Assembly: GCF_009914755.1 (NCBI RefSeq)
Contig: NC_060926.1
Source of the DNA: the human T2T-CHM13v2.0 reference genome, Homo sapiens
Length of the DNA: 64,000 nt
Strand: one strand, 5' to 3'
Each line of letters starts with the position of its first letter. Position 1 is the stretch's first letter. Both the position numbers and the translations under genes were made by a program. The notes under the pieces are model-generated. The model searched no databases. It was given only the letters and a program-made list of their open reading frames with translations, and was not told the origin of the DNA. This document shows, piece after piece, positions 1-14,539 of the stretch.

Positions 1-157
1 AGCCCCACCACACCTTCCAGCCAGACTCAGAGGTGGAGAAGGCCTGGAAGTGGCTCAGCCAGGGACACACAAGGTAGTCTTAAGTCCTGATTTCTGCCAA
101 AATCCCTTTCACATTGTTTTTCCTCAATACACCTGTGTGCTCAAGAAGTACAGGTAA

Positions 158-330
158 GTGAGTTTGTTTGTGTGCGCTTGGTGGGCAGGTGTCATGTACA
201 CGCAGGCATGCAGGTGGACTCAGGCATGTGTGTGCAGGCCCTGTGGTTTTGTGTGCATTGTGTATTCTGTGTACCATGTATGTGTTTGTCTGTGGGTGGC
301 TCTTTGTGCTTGTGGGATGCATGTGTGTGC
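158..330. repeat. TG-rich low-complexity repeat
   Basis: Degenerate (TG)n runs such as gtttgtgtgcgc, catgtgtgtgc and gcatgtgtgtgc. Confidence 0.7.
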
Positions 331-1589
331 CCTGTTTCATACTTGGGGGAAGGCATAGGAGAAAATACAATACGGTGACTATTCCCCAGAAGCTTCCAGT
401 GTCATTAAGGAGAAACATTAGATGCAAGAAGGTGTTCGGGTAAAGCATCACCTGCAAAAAGTTAAGTCATGTGACCTGGCCAGGATGGGGCACTGGACCT
501 GGGTCAGATGGGATGAGCCGAGGACCTCATCCGGCCCCATCATCTATGAGCTGGGAGATTCCACTCAATGGACTGGACCTCTCAGCTGCCTCATCTGTGA
601 GAGAAGGCAGTGAGGGGCTCCCATGAGATCACCCTGACATGGCAGCACCTGGCCTACAGAGAGAGCCAGCAGCATTAGGAGACTGGCCTTGGATACAGAT
701 TCAGGGGAGAAAGGAGGTGGCCAAGAGTCAAGCACTCAGGAAGGCCTCCTGGAACAGGCCGGTTGAGTCAGGTCCTGGAGAATCCATTGCAGAGCAAGGT
801 ATAGCTCGGGGAGGCCAGGGAAGGCACAGGACGCCAAGATCACATCAAACCCAATCAGGCCTCACCCACTCTGAATGACAGCTGCATCCTGCAGACTCAC
901 CTGGAGCCTCCCACCAGCCTCCCCAGACAGCCCCATCTGCTCCTGGCCTGCCTCAAGGCTGGCTGCCCCAGGCCAGCTCCTTCACCTCTCTGAGTGTCCT
1001 GACTTTCATCACAAAAGCCCTGATCCTTCCTCGCATGATTGCAGGGGCCAGGACCAAGGAAGGATGGAACACATACCTCTCTCAATTTAAAGAGAAAATA
1101 AATGTCATAGTAAAAACGAGAGGAGCAGGGCTCTCGTTTGTCTGTGAAGTCCCTTGTACGGGGAGTTTTATCAGCCATGAAATTAGCCCTTCATGCTCTC
1201 CTATGCCAACAGCCTGGTGAGGGCTGGTGGGAGGAGCTGTCTCAGCGCCACCTGCGAGCCTCAGGGGACCCCACTCCCCAGCCCAGCCCACCCTGCTGCC
1301 CTTGGATGATATAAACACAGGCTGTTTTGTGGCCACCACTGATGTGGGCCACCAGGTCACACACAGGGCAGCATCAGGCACAGCAAAGACACAAAAGTCC
1401 TGCCCCTGCCCTACGCTGGCCCCAGCTTCTGCAGAGCTGCATTGGAGGGGCTCCTAAGTCAGGACCAAAATGAGGCCAGTCTCTCCACATCCATGGAGCG
1501 CAGCATCATACATACATAATTACAAGTATAAACATACCTTGGAGTCTTTAACTGTTGTGGCTTTGGGATGACAGCGTGAGGCAGTAGGA

Positions 1590-1715
1590 AACCCAGGAGC
1601 TTTACAGAAAAATCTGGGCTCAAAGCCTGCTGCCCAACCAACTAAATGTCGCACTGGCCAAGTTCCTTCATCTCCCTGAGCCTTTGTTTCTTCATCTTTA
1701 AAGTCAGGATCACAT
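1590..1715 (+). mobile_element. MIR SINE fragment
   Basis: MIR core-like 'ctgggctcaaagcc...tggccaagttccttcatctccctgagcctttgtttcttcatctttaaa'. Confidence 0.65.
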
Positions 1716-1867
1716 CACCTTTTCTGCAGGTGGAGAAGATGAGAGGAGGCAATGCTAACTCAGGGGCATGCCCTCTGGGTGCTGGGTGCCCGCTGCACCT
1801 GTTCAAGGGGCTGCCTGAGCTTTGAGAAGACTGGGAATGGGCTTTTGTGTCACTCAAGAGAATCATA

Positions 1868-1940
1868 TGCACACACACACACACAAACACATGTGCACAC
1901 ATGCACACACACATGCAAGCACACGCACACATGCACACAA
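1868..1940. repeat. (CA)n degenerate microsatellite
   Basis: gcacacacacacacacaaacacatgtgcacacatgcacacacac. Confidence 0.9.
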
Positions 1941-2761
1941 GTACTCTAGATCCCTGAGCCTTGCAGTGCACGTATCCTGATGGCTCCCTCCACAGGAATA
2001 TTTTTCTGTGCCTGCCTCTATCTGAGATGAATTCTGGCAGCATCCACAGAATCAACCATCTGACCCAGGTATTTCAGGATGAACGAGCATCAGAAATGTT
2101 TTCCTCCTTTCCTGCCCTTGCCTGGCCCAAGTGTTATTCAGGTGATTGCCCCATTCAAAGAGGAAAAAAAGATCCATTCACATTCTCCTTGTTGCTTTTC
2201 TGTCTCCCCCAGTCTCTCCCTCCCTCCTCCTTTCTACCCCTGGTCCTCTCCCTCCCTCCCTCTCTCCTTCCCTCCTCTGGGACAATCTTCAGCTGGATGT
2301 GGGGTGACCAGAAAGTCCCTCCCCCACCCTCTCTCCTGTAGGCCACTGAGACTTGAGCACAGGAGCTGACCCACCTGGGTGCGGGGACTGAGGCCCAGCA
2401 CCCCTCACAGCACTCCTTGGCTTTTTGGACCACCAGGGTCTCCAGTTCTATAGCACATGCACCCAGCCCATCCCAGCTGGTCCTCAGCCCTACCTTGCTA
2501 GAGGCTGCATAGCCAGAATTTACCTTCAGTGAATGACAATGGCATAAAGTAAGGTTGAGCCATGGGTACCGCAGGGCTCGTGGACTCCCTTGGGCCCAGG
2601 TGGCGTCTCTGCACAGGGGCCTCTGTGAGTCACAGCATGATGCTGGACCCTCTCAGGAGCCAGGGAACCTTCCTGTACTGAACAGTCTCAGCCACCTGCC
2701 TCTGCTGCTTTTAGAAACCCAAAAGCTGGGAATCTTTTCTCCCGAAAACACTCAGCAGTTA

Positions 2762-3330
<569 letters not shown>

Positions 3331-3594
3331 AGGTAGAAATGCATTTCTTCTGTGTTCTCTCCATTTGTGCCTCTATTCTCTGAACCAATGGCAGGTGCAC
3401 ACAGGATAGCAACTCAATGTGGTTAAAGAGGAACCTTCATGAGGATCTGAAATGTTACCAGGCAACACTTACCTACCTCACTGCTTCCAGTGAGCCCATG
3501 GGCAATAGCGTCTCTCTCACTTGTAGACCAGGTAGTGGACACTTGGAGGGTGAAGGCTCTCTCAGGAACAGAAACCTGGTAGCTGACAGCTGGC

Positions 3595-4235
<641 letters not shown>

Positions 4236-4479
4236 AGCTAGATGGTTCCTTCCTTGGCATCAGCGGCACGTCCTCTCCCGGGATGAGCCCACATAGTGCG
4301 CCACTGCTAACAAGAACACCTTCAGAAAGTCCAAGGTCTACCCTCAGCCCCTCAGCTCCTGTGTGGGCTGCAGCTGAGGAGGGCACCAGCACCTGCCTCC
4401 TGGAACCTGGGGACCTCAGAAGCAGGTCCCTTTGTTTCCACTTCAGTCCGCTGCCTCTTGGGCTGCAATCTCTGCTACT

Positions 4480-4903
4480 CCCATGAGTCCAGTGAGAATG
4501 AACATACACAAGTTAAGTGATGAGACTTTATTATTCACAGTGCACAGCAAGGGACAGCAGAAGCCTAGGATTCATGGCGAGCCGGTTCTCCAAGGCTCTA
4601 GAAGCTGCCTAGGGTGGATGGAGTTTTGTCTGCCTCTGCCTCCACCTGCACCACAGCTGAGGGACCCTGGAAAGCAGCCCGCCCAGGGTTTTATAGCCCA
4701 GGGGCAACATGATTGCTGGGCTAAAATGTTGAAGGAACTCCTTTTTCTAAGGGGACAGAGGCAGAGCTGGGCTGTTCCAGCCAGTTTCTCTTTATCTCAG
4801 AACACTGCATTCCCAGGACATTCTACCGTTATTCTTGAGAAGTATGACTGAGAAAGGAGAAAGAATTGGGCTGTTCCAAGGCCACCCGGAGAACTGTCCT
4901 GCA
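4480..4903 (-). mobile_element. Solo LTR, MER54-like (ERVL)
   Basis: Minus strand begins TGCAGGACAGTTCTCCGGGTGGCCTTGG; TATAAAA box (plus-strand ttttata ~4689) and AATAAA (plus-strand tttatt ~4527) are in LTR order. Confidence 0.7.
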
Positions 4904-5579
4904 GAGACTTCCCTGGCTGTGACAAGTCCAACCCTCACATGGCTTAACGATCCATCCTTCTGTCTATCACTTGTTCAGAAGGGGTGACCCAAAAAACAAG
5001 TCCATTACTCACTTCGAGGGAGGTGCATAAGGAAAGCCCAGGAGACAGAGCAAGAGGGATCTGGAAGAAGACTCCTCTAGAGAAAGGCTGTTTTGGTAGT
5101 GCTGTTGTATTTTTCTTACCTTCCCCTTAAGCCAAGTGAAGGGGGCTTCATAAGAACCCTGTAGAGAGCTTGGTGCGCATCCCCAGGGGACACAGGGTGA
5201 CCCTACCTGGACTCCCAGCCAACACAAACTCCTGGAGACCATGCCCTTCCCATGAGCCAGGATGGAGCCCACGTAGGGAAGTGAGAGAAGGGCCTCTGGG
5301 GACACATTTACCTCAGGGGACCCAGAGAACATCTGGAGCCCAGGCCAAGACTATCCATGCAGGGACTGTAGTGAGAGGTCCCCGTCCTGATGCCCCATGC
5401 AGGGGAAAAGCCCCCAAAGCCACCTGAACAGAACCCATGACCAGGCCCAGAGCACCTCACTGCTCACCTTTCCACTCATACGTCAGGGCCATGGCGCATG
5501 TGGAACTGATGCCATCTGTCACGGGCTGTGGTGTCCCCAGTAGCTCCAGTAACCACTCCCCTTTGACCTCTGAAAGAGA

Positions 5580-5720
5580 GCTCTGACTTTTAGCTGGGCA
5601 CAGGGTTGCCCCCTATAAAATGCCCCTTCCTCCTTTCCCTTGCTCTAGGTGTGAGCATGGCAGTGAGTGCCACAGGTGTGTAGAAATAGTGTGTGGGTGC
5701 CCAGAAAATCTCAAAAGGGA
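5580..5720 (+). mobile_element. Old LTR fragment (LTR33/MaLR-like)
   Basis: 'tttagctgggcacagggttgcc...cccttgctctaggtgtgagcatg' resembles the LTR33 5' part. Confidence 0.4.
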
Positions 5721-6019
5721 GCGAGCACAGGAGCCGTTTCCAATTCTACCTGGTTTGGATGGTTCCCCACTGAGTCTGCTGCATTTTCACCCCAGCTCTG
5801 AGTCATATTTGCAAAGACAAAGTATTTTCAGGTGTCAGGGACATTGGAGAGGCCTGGGGCCAGGGAAACAGTGGGAGGCAGGTCACAGGGGGCGTGGCAC
5901 AGCTTCCTAGGAGTGCTGGGTGCCAAGGATGGTGCAGGCAGGACACTGACTCCTACATGTGTCTGTTTCCAGAAAAGCCACTCCACAAAATGGATTCCAG
6001 ATCAATAGACCTGTCAGGA

Positions 6020-6790
6020 CGCAGTGGCAGTCTGACCTTAGGCACAGGTGGTGAAGATGAAGAAAAGTAGAAAGAGGGGACAAATATTAAGAAGGTTCTA
6101 GAAATAGACTTGGTATTGATCAGCCCTGGGTGCTAAGGGAAAAGGTTGGGTCCAAATCCAGGCACAGGCTTTGGGCTTTGGCAGTCTTGTGTCTGCCAGG
6201 TCCGTTCATGAAGACGAAGAGGCAGAAGGCTGCAGAGGGAGGTGGGCGGGAAAGGCATGAGCGCAGTGTGGTTGGGCTAAGGTGGGAATCTGGACATGTC
6301 CAGTAGGCAGCTGTGTGCACAAGCCTGGAGCTGAGGAGGGAGTGATGAATTGTCATAATAAATTGCACTTAGAGGGTGCTTATTAGATCCAGAGTATTCC
6401 AAGCACCTTCCTGCAAACCATTATTATCCTCTTTATAGAGATTTTAAAAAATGAGGCACAGAGAGGTTGGGAGCCCAAGCTCTTAACCACTGTGCTCTGC
6501 TCCTCTCCTAGAGGAAAACATGAGAAGGGCTGAGAATGGCCAGTTCCACAGTCAGGAGGCCATGGGTGCCCTGAGCTAGAGCAGGTTTGTTGGGGGTGTG
6601 GAGGGCAGGTACCAACTTCAATGGATATGGGAAACAGCGGGTAAGAGAAACACCACAGCTGTGGAACAGAGGCAGGAGGAGAGGAGGGTGACAGCTGGAG
6701 AAAGATGCTGAGTGGAATTTTCTCAGCATTGGAGGACTTGAGTGGCTTTAAATGCACTGGGAAGGAACACACACAAAGAGACCTGGAGGT
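6020..6790 (-). mobile_element. L2 fragments with an embedded MIR (~6420-6505)
   Basis: L2-type 'gacatgtccagtaggcagctg...gcctggagctgagg'; MIR-type 'aaatgaggcacagagaggtt...gctcttaaccactgtgc'. Confidence 0.55.
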
Positions 6791-7264
6791 ATAGGATAGA
6801 GAAAGGATAGTCGATAGCGTCAGTCCCCAAGGAGGGAGGAAGGGCTGGAATCTTACAAAGTGGAGGAATTACCCCCACTGAGGAAGAGAAGAGGGAGAAA
6901 GGAAGGGAGGCAGAAGAGAGGAAGGGATATGGGGGAGGGGGAGAGGGAGGGGCCAAAGCAGGACCCAGACAACTCAGTTTGTTAACCTCTGGCAGGGAAT
7001 TTCTGTCTGACAAAATCTTCTAATCACTCAGCAAAAAAAAGGAGCAACCGTCCCTGAGATGAGGGGAGCATCATGAAGCTGTGGCAGGTGCAGGAAAGAA
7101 GCCGGGTTTCAGTGGTAGCTGTGGTGACAGGGACAGTGTGCTGGCCTGAGACCCACTTCTTTCCCTGGGAAACAACTTGAGGCTCACAGGTCTGGGGTTG
7201 TGATCAAAGCTTGCTGTGGAGATGCCTGCTGAGCTGGACACAAAAAGTTAAGTTTTCCTCTAGC

Positions 7265-8300
7265 TCAGAGCTACTAATTAGATCATCTAATAAAATAACA
7301 CTAAATTATAATTTGGCATTAAATAAGGCACTCTATGGACCTCCATCTGCCTGCCTCTGTGTTGCTCTCTCAGGGAAGAGAAGCTGGGACAGGGAGAGGA
7401 CAGGATGAGAACTCCCCAACCTGCCTCCTGCTGCGGAGCAGCCACCTGGGGTCAGCAGCCACCTCTGAGCAAGGCAACAGCGACTTGCGGGACTACACGG
7501 CCCTGCCTGGCACTGGAGCACGCGGAGAAATAGCCACAGCGCTAATTACCAGGCAGAGCATTGATATCCCATAATTAAATTAATTCGATATGGTCCATAA
7601 AATAAAACTAGCATGGCCACTCACCAAGCTCCCCACACAAGGTCGTGATCATCTCATTTCAGGAGTATTTATTCACTCCAGAGCCCCAGCACTTTCCAGG
7701 CAACAGGGACTGTTTGTTCCTATAATTTAGTTCTTTTTTTCTTCCTGTGAAAATAAATTACCTAAACAAATTGAAAAGAATAAACAGCTTGAATTGCAAA
7801 TTATAAAGTTGCCTAGTCCAGCAGTACAGGAAGTCATTATTCACAATATGTCATTTTAAGATAAGTTAATAAGGAAATATAGAAGAGAATCAATTTTTGG
7901 TCATCATTAGCGTATACAGTGCAAAAAGCTACAGGGTATTCAATTAATTCTAGACCATAATTATGAAGCAGGAGATTTGCGTATAAATCAACTTTTTATA
8001 TTTTGTTGTCTTCAGTGTACTAGGAAATCCCATTTCTAACCAGAGTTCAGACAGAGGATGAATGGCTGCTTGACCACAGGCTCAGCGGCTCCAAGAACTT
8101 CTGTGGGCACTTCAGCCCTGGAGGTATTTCCTAAACTTCTCACATCCAGAAAATCATAATTACCGTCCTTGCAATCATCTCCCATTTTTTTTCCAGCTGC
8201 CATCTGTCAAGAAGTGCTGGCCACCTACACCTCATAGAACTTATTCAGTCACTAATTAATCCCAGAGGACAGCACAAGCTATGTGGAAATGCATTATTTT
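7265..8300. promoter_or_regulatory. Candidate conserved non-coding element / enhancer rich in homeodomain motifs
   Basis: No recognisable repeat; AT-rich island with dense TAATTA, TAAT and CCATAAA motifs (ctaattag, gctaattac, ccataattaaattaatt, ccataaaa, caattaatt, ccataattatg, ctaattaat). Confidence 0.45.
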
Positions 8301-8949
8301 AAAAAGATGGAAGGGAACTAGCTGCTATAAGATACTACATGATGAGGGCAACCCCCGCATTGCTGTGGAAAAACAAAAATGATGGAGGGAATGATTTGCA
8401 AAATGCAAACTCAGTCCTTAACATCAAATGCTGGAGATGGCAGTTGTACAGCCCAGTGTTTTTAAATCACGCTTCGGGGACTGCTGGGCTCTGGGGGCAT
8501 TCCCCAAGGTTTCTTGGTGTGTTTTTCCACAAAGAGTTTGCTTTTAGATCCTTTTAGAAAATCTATATTTTCTGTTTGTCAACTCAGTTTCTTCCTCGTC
8601 CACCCCCAAATCATATGGTCCTCTTCTCTCTGAGTGCATTGCTGGATAGGACTTCGCTACTTGATCATGCTTTCTTATTTGCCTTTAAATACACATCTCC
8701 CAGGTCTTAAAAACGGGAGAATGTCCCCGAGTCCCATCTTCCCCTTCCTCTGAGGACGGGACTGCAGTTGTGGTGCTACTGTCCTCCAGGGTGGGTCACC
8801 TCCTGTCCTCTCTGCTGGCCTGGCAGCTTTTCCCCTCTGCTCCTTCCCTACCTGCCTCCCTTGCCTACAAAGCAGACGTGTCACCAGTCAGGACCTTCTA
8901 AGCAGATCCCTACCGACAATGAGGCAGAGAACCCATTAGGCCTGGGGCC

Positions 8950-9835
<886 letters not shown>

Positions 9836-10099
9836 AGTGACTTCTGGGAGAGCAGAAACTGCCTACAGCCTCAGCAGCACCCCACCCCACCCTATGCTCC
9901 CCACTACAGCCCAAAGAGGGGTGTTCTGTGGCTCCCTAGGGTCCAGGAAACACAGTTCTCCCATTTATTCTTCCAACAGATATTGTTGAATGCGCTGGTC
10001 ACGTGGACTCCCCCAGAAGGGAAGCAGACATGACCATGGCTCTATAGTCTCCCCTCTGTCTGATTCCTCTTCCTCCCACCCCAAGCACAACTTCACTTT

Positions 10100-10315
10100 C
10101 ACATGTGCACACGCAGAGACAGGCACCCAAAGAGCGTGTGTACATACACATATATGCATGCGCAGACAAATACACACAACACACATGCACACAGATGTCA
10201 CACATGTGCACATCATTCACATAAACACAAGTGAACACATATGCTGATGCACCCACACTCATGTACATGTATGTACACACAGAAACCCGGATGCATGTGC
10301 ACACTGGCACACAGA
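10100..10315. repeat. CA/CATG-rich low-complexity repeat
   Basis: acatgtgcacacgc, tacatacaca, acacatgcacac. Confidence 0.75.
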
Positions 10316-11120
10316 CAGAGGCAGCCACACTGAGCAGCTCCATGTCGGCACACACCTCCATTCTTCGCCACCTTCTCTCTTCCTCCTTCCCCTTTCCCTG
10401 GCTACTGCTAAAATCTTTGTGACTCAAGCTCAGCCACCTCTTTTGGGAAGCCTCGCTCTGTACGCGGAGGCCCCGCTGAGGCTCTCACTGGCCCTACACT
10501 CCGCACCCCATGCTGTAGCCTGTGGAGGCCCCGTCTGCCCCGGGAAGCTGTGGGCACTTGGTTCCCAGCACAGTCTGCTGCCCAGAAGAAACTGGTGAAC
10601 CTCTTCAAGTGACCAAGTCCTTGAATTTCTGGAGGTGACCCACTAGGCTCCTAGATTACTTGTTGTGGATAATAAACTTAAAGAACTTGTTTCCCAGACT
10701 GGAAGAAGAGAGGACAGCCTCAGGAAAGCTCTGCGGGAGCCCATTCCCAGGCAAGCCCCAGTGAGTTATCAAGCATCTGGGAGCACAGTCACAGCCCTGA
10801 GGTCAATGCCATCCACTCACCAGGGGACATCCACCAAGCCCTCCAGGGCAAGCGCCTTGGCCAGCTCTCAGAGGGGGCAGGGGAGTCAAGACCACCTCCC
10901 TCAGGGCGGCTGGAGAAGGCAGTCCTGCCGTCCACTGCCTTCTGCTCTTCAGGTTCTGGGACAGAGCCTGGAGCGCCAGGCTAGAGGCGGCTTGGAGACA
11001 GCAACCCTGAATCACAAAGCGTCGGCTCCCCAGAGCCCCTCAGGTGAGGCCTGCAGCACCCTCACGTACAGATGGACTCGGCCCAGATTCCAGGGTGTCG
11101 GCAGCAGCGGGAGAGCCTGG

Positions 11121-11340
11121 GTGAGTCACCTGGAGTGTGAGGGACCCTGTGGGGGGGTCACCCTGTGTGGAAGTCATCATGTGTGGGAGAGTCATCTGGT
11201 GTGAGAGTTGCCCAGTGTGAGGGAATCATCCCCGTGTGGGTGTCACTGTGTGTGGGAGTTACCATGGTGTGTGAATCACCTTGATGCAACTCACCTGGTA
11301 TGTGAGTTCTTTAGTGTGAGTACCCCCATGTGAGCCATCC
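11121..11340. repeat. Highly degenerate ~16-17 bp minisatellite (approx. GTGAGTCACCYKGTGT)
   Basis: Recurrent gtgagtcacctggagtgt / ggtcaccctgtgtg / gagtcatctggtgtg / gaatcaccttg / actcacctggtatgtgag. Confidence 0.6.
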
Positions 11341-11469
11341 TTGGTCCAAAGACAGACAGGTCCTCTCCCCATGAAGACCCTTAGGCTGCTTCTCCTGGAC
11401 AACACAAACAGACTCCCACTACCACACTTCCTGCTCAGACCCAACTCTTTGGGTTTCTGTGCTCAGAGA

Positions 11470-11760
11470 GTTTCCCACCTCACTACCTACCCTCTTGTGA
11501 GCCTTTCCTTGGAGACCCAGGATAGGGCATGGACCCTGTCTCTCATCTTTGACTCCCAGGGCCTAAAACGAGGAGTAACCTGACACAGGCTTCAACAAAT
11601 CTATCATTAGTTCATCAGTTCACTCAGCCCTTGGTTCATTTGTTCAGTGGTCATGTGGAGACTGCATGTGGTGTGTGTCTAGATTCCCGAGAGCCCTGTT
11701 AGGTGGGACACCAGACTTAAAGCACAGGGCTCTGTGCCCTGCTCCTGCAGGGGTCCCCAT
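11470..11760. mobile_element. L2 3'-end relics
   Basis: 'ttgtgagc...cttggag...ggaccctgtctctcatctttgactcccagggcct' and 'ttcatttgttca...ctgtgccctgctcc'. Confidence 0.45.
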
Positions 11761-12399
11761 GCCAGGCAGCCATGCAGACTGTTTATGCATGAGTCCCGTC
11801 AGCCTGCTCTGCCCCAGAGACTCATGCCCTGCATCAAAGCTGTCTTTCTCCCCCCACACCACCCCACCCTCCACCACAGAATCAGGAATAACCAAAATAC
11901 ATGATTCCAGGGAGAAAGGGAGACGCAAGACCCCATAGGATGGTCCGCTGGAATCCCACTGGGTGGCCTTCCTAGAACCCCCCACCCGGGAGGGGCATGT
12001 TCCTGAGTTAGGTGCTAATTCACTCCGGCCAGGGCTTCCCAGGGGGGCTTCTAGGCCTTCCACTTTCCTCCTTGGCTGCATCTGAAGAGGGCATTTTTCA
12101 GGCTGAGCATCTCATCCTGCCCCCTTCTGCCCACTGAACGTTGGGGTCCAGTGATCATTTTGGCCCAGACTTTTGGTGTCTTTGGCAGCACATCTCTCTC
12201 AGAAACCTAAAAATCTAGAAAGCTTCTTACCTATTTAATACTAAGCAGCTCCATGCACCATTGTCATACTAGAGTCCTTGATAAAGGTCTCCCCTCTCTC
12301 TGTCCCTCCCTCTTTCTTCCTCTCTTTCTCTCTCTCTCCACCCCCACCCCTTAATTTCATCTACCCACACCCCTCCATCTTTTCTCCAAGGCCCATTTT

Positions 12400-14539
12400 G
12401 AAAATGGTTTATTGGTCATCATCTTAATCCACTCAGAAATGTTAAGCAATGAGTGTGATGAACAAGCTCTTGTCTTGGTACTGGCTGCAAGTCTGGGTTT
12501 TAACTGTCCTTTCTTGCTCAAGCATTTCTCAATATTAATTTTTACTGTTTGGAATTGGAAAGCAGTTGCCTCATTCAGAGGTACAAGTCCCCAGATTTCT
12601 GAACTTTCTGTTCTCTTTTATTTTCAGCCAACTGCAGCTAACACATACTGCTGCAGCTCTGTTTCGTGAGCTCTTCTCTTTAAACTGGAGTTCACTGGGG
12701 AATTATCTATATTTCAAACTATCACAGTTGGTGCCGTTACCAGATATTTCACATGATATGAACCACTACCCTTCCAGTCTCTGATATAGACTTTGTTATG
12801 CTCTCCTGTGCTGGTGAAGACTCGGAGAAGAGTAAGTTCAGTGAGTGGGGAGAATAAAATATGCCAAAATAATTTTGAGATGCCTATGAGATGTACACTA
12901 TAAGTCTGGAATTTGGGGAAGAGATTAATGATGAAGATATCAGCACAGGTGCCATTGCACTTTTGCTTGTTTGTATACTGAGAAGAATGAATAAATAAAA
13001 TACCAGATGAGTTTATCCTCAATGATTTTTAAAATTTAGGATCTCTTAAACGAGGCATTTTTTCAAACTAAACACAACACTGGAGACTTTGTTTCTCTTA
13101 TGCAATCCCTACCCCATTTCTCACCCTAACTCTTCAACCAAAGAATCATTGCCTTCGAGAGCACTGTTACTAGGAGAAACGGTGCGGCATCTCTGGGGTA
13201 TGCTGGAGAAGATAAAAGCTTGTGAATCTCCAGTCGCCCAAGATGATCTACATCCATTTCAGGTCGAACAATCTCTGACTGTATAACTATAAATTAAATG
13301 CACCATGCCTCTTTTATTACAGACATTCTGAAATATTAAAGAAGGTTAATAATTAAAGGTAATCTTGAACCAGTTCAAAGCTCCAGCACTACTGATTTGA
13401 GCCACTTGACTATTTCAAGATTTCCCCGTCATGCACAAATTTCCCTGTCAGTTCTACCATCATCCCTAAAATAACATTAAGAGCTGCATCACTTTAATGC
13501 ATCTTTAGAGACATTTCCGGAAACCTGCAGTGATTTTGTTCAACTGTCTGCACTCTTCTAGGTTCAGGTAAACAATCACTTTGAAATGTTTGGGTCCTTT
13601 CTTTAAATAGATATGGGTAAGTATGTCATCCATACACACCAGCAACCTGGCAACATGGCATTTAAATATTTCACTGTCTGAGTAAATACATTTGATGCCT
13701 GGGTTCCAACTTGGATTAAGTATTTATTGTGCATCTTTTCCCAAGGCTCATTTTAAATCCAGGCATTTATCAACCTGCTCAAAAAAAAATGGCATCACAT
13801 CTCTAGGACCTTCTAGAGCTCAGTTCTAGGCCCGGGCTGACCCAGGGTAACCTAAAAGTATCATAAAATTCAAAAGAAAACTGAGACTGTATATTGACTA
13901 CCTGTATGACAAATAGAGAGCTACTTAACAGGAGACTAAAGACCAGAAGGAACACTAGGTCCAATTGTTTAAAACAAATTCCAAACTAAAAATGCAGACC
14001 ATGGCTAAAGGAGCACTGTTTTGGAAAACCACAAAAATATTATGGGAAAACATACATTCATCTTGACAGGTGCCTGTTGCAAAATCATAGGTCCTGGAAA
14101 AACACTCTTTGGGTATATGATCTGGATGGAAGCTATGAGTTTTCACTGTCCTTTCTTGCTCAAGTCCAGTGAGAAATTGAATTAGTTGGTCCCTGGGCAA
14201 ATAGTATTGGTATGTAGGCGGAGCCACAAGGCTCAGAGGATGCCCAGAGGAGAAATATGCTCTTCGCATAAGTAACAGGTGGAGTTGAAGTGTGTTTTTG
14301 CCCTTTGTTTAGTTTGAAGTTTTTGGAGATTCTTCCATTCCTTCACTTCCTTGATTCCCTTTTCATACTGGCTGACGTGCAGCCAAGGTCTTCCTGCTGC
14401 CTTTTCCACCTGTCTTTCTCCATTGCCTTCCTCGTCGCTTTTTCCACAACCGGTCCCCAGCATGTCTCTCCTCCTTCTCCCTGGGCCATCGTATTCCCGC
14501 CCACAACTTCACTACCACATCACTCAGTGGTTTGACCTT
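12400..14539 (-). pseudogene. Candidate retrocopy (processed or partially processed pseudogene) of an unidentified transcript
   Basis: Degenerate flanking direct repeats tccaaggcccattttgaaa (12385-12403) and tccaaggtcatttgaaa (14540-14556); minus-strand AATAAA at 12413-12408 next to the 3' junction; GC/CpG-richer 5' end; AT-rich body unlike the flanks; no intact ORF. Confidence 0.6.

Noticed and set aside
10665-11204. 179-aa ORF
   Set aside because: No recognisable homology, non-ATG start, and it runs into a degenerate minisatellite.
12450-14100. snoRNAs inside the putative retained introns
   Set aside because: I could not see a convincing paired C/D box with terminal stem or an H/ACA two-hairpin layout; an Infernal scan would be needed.
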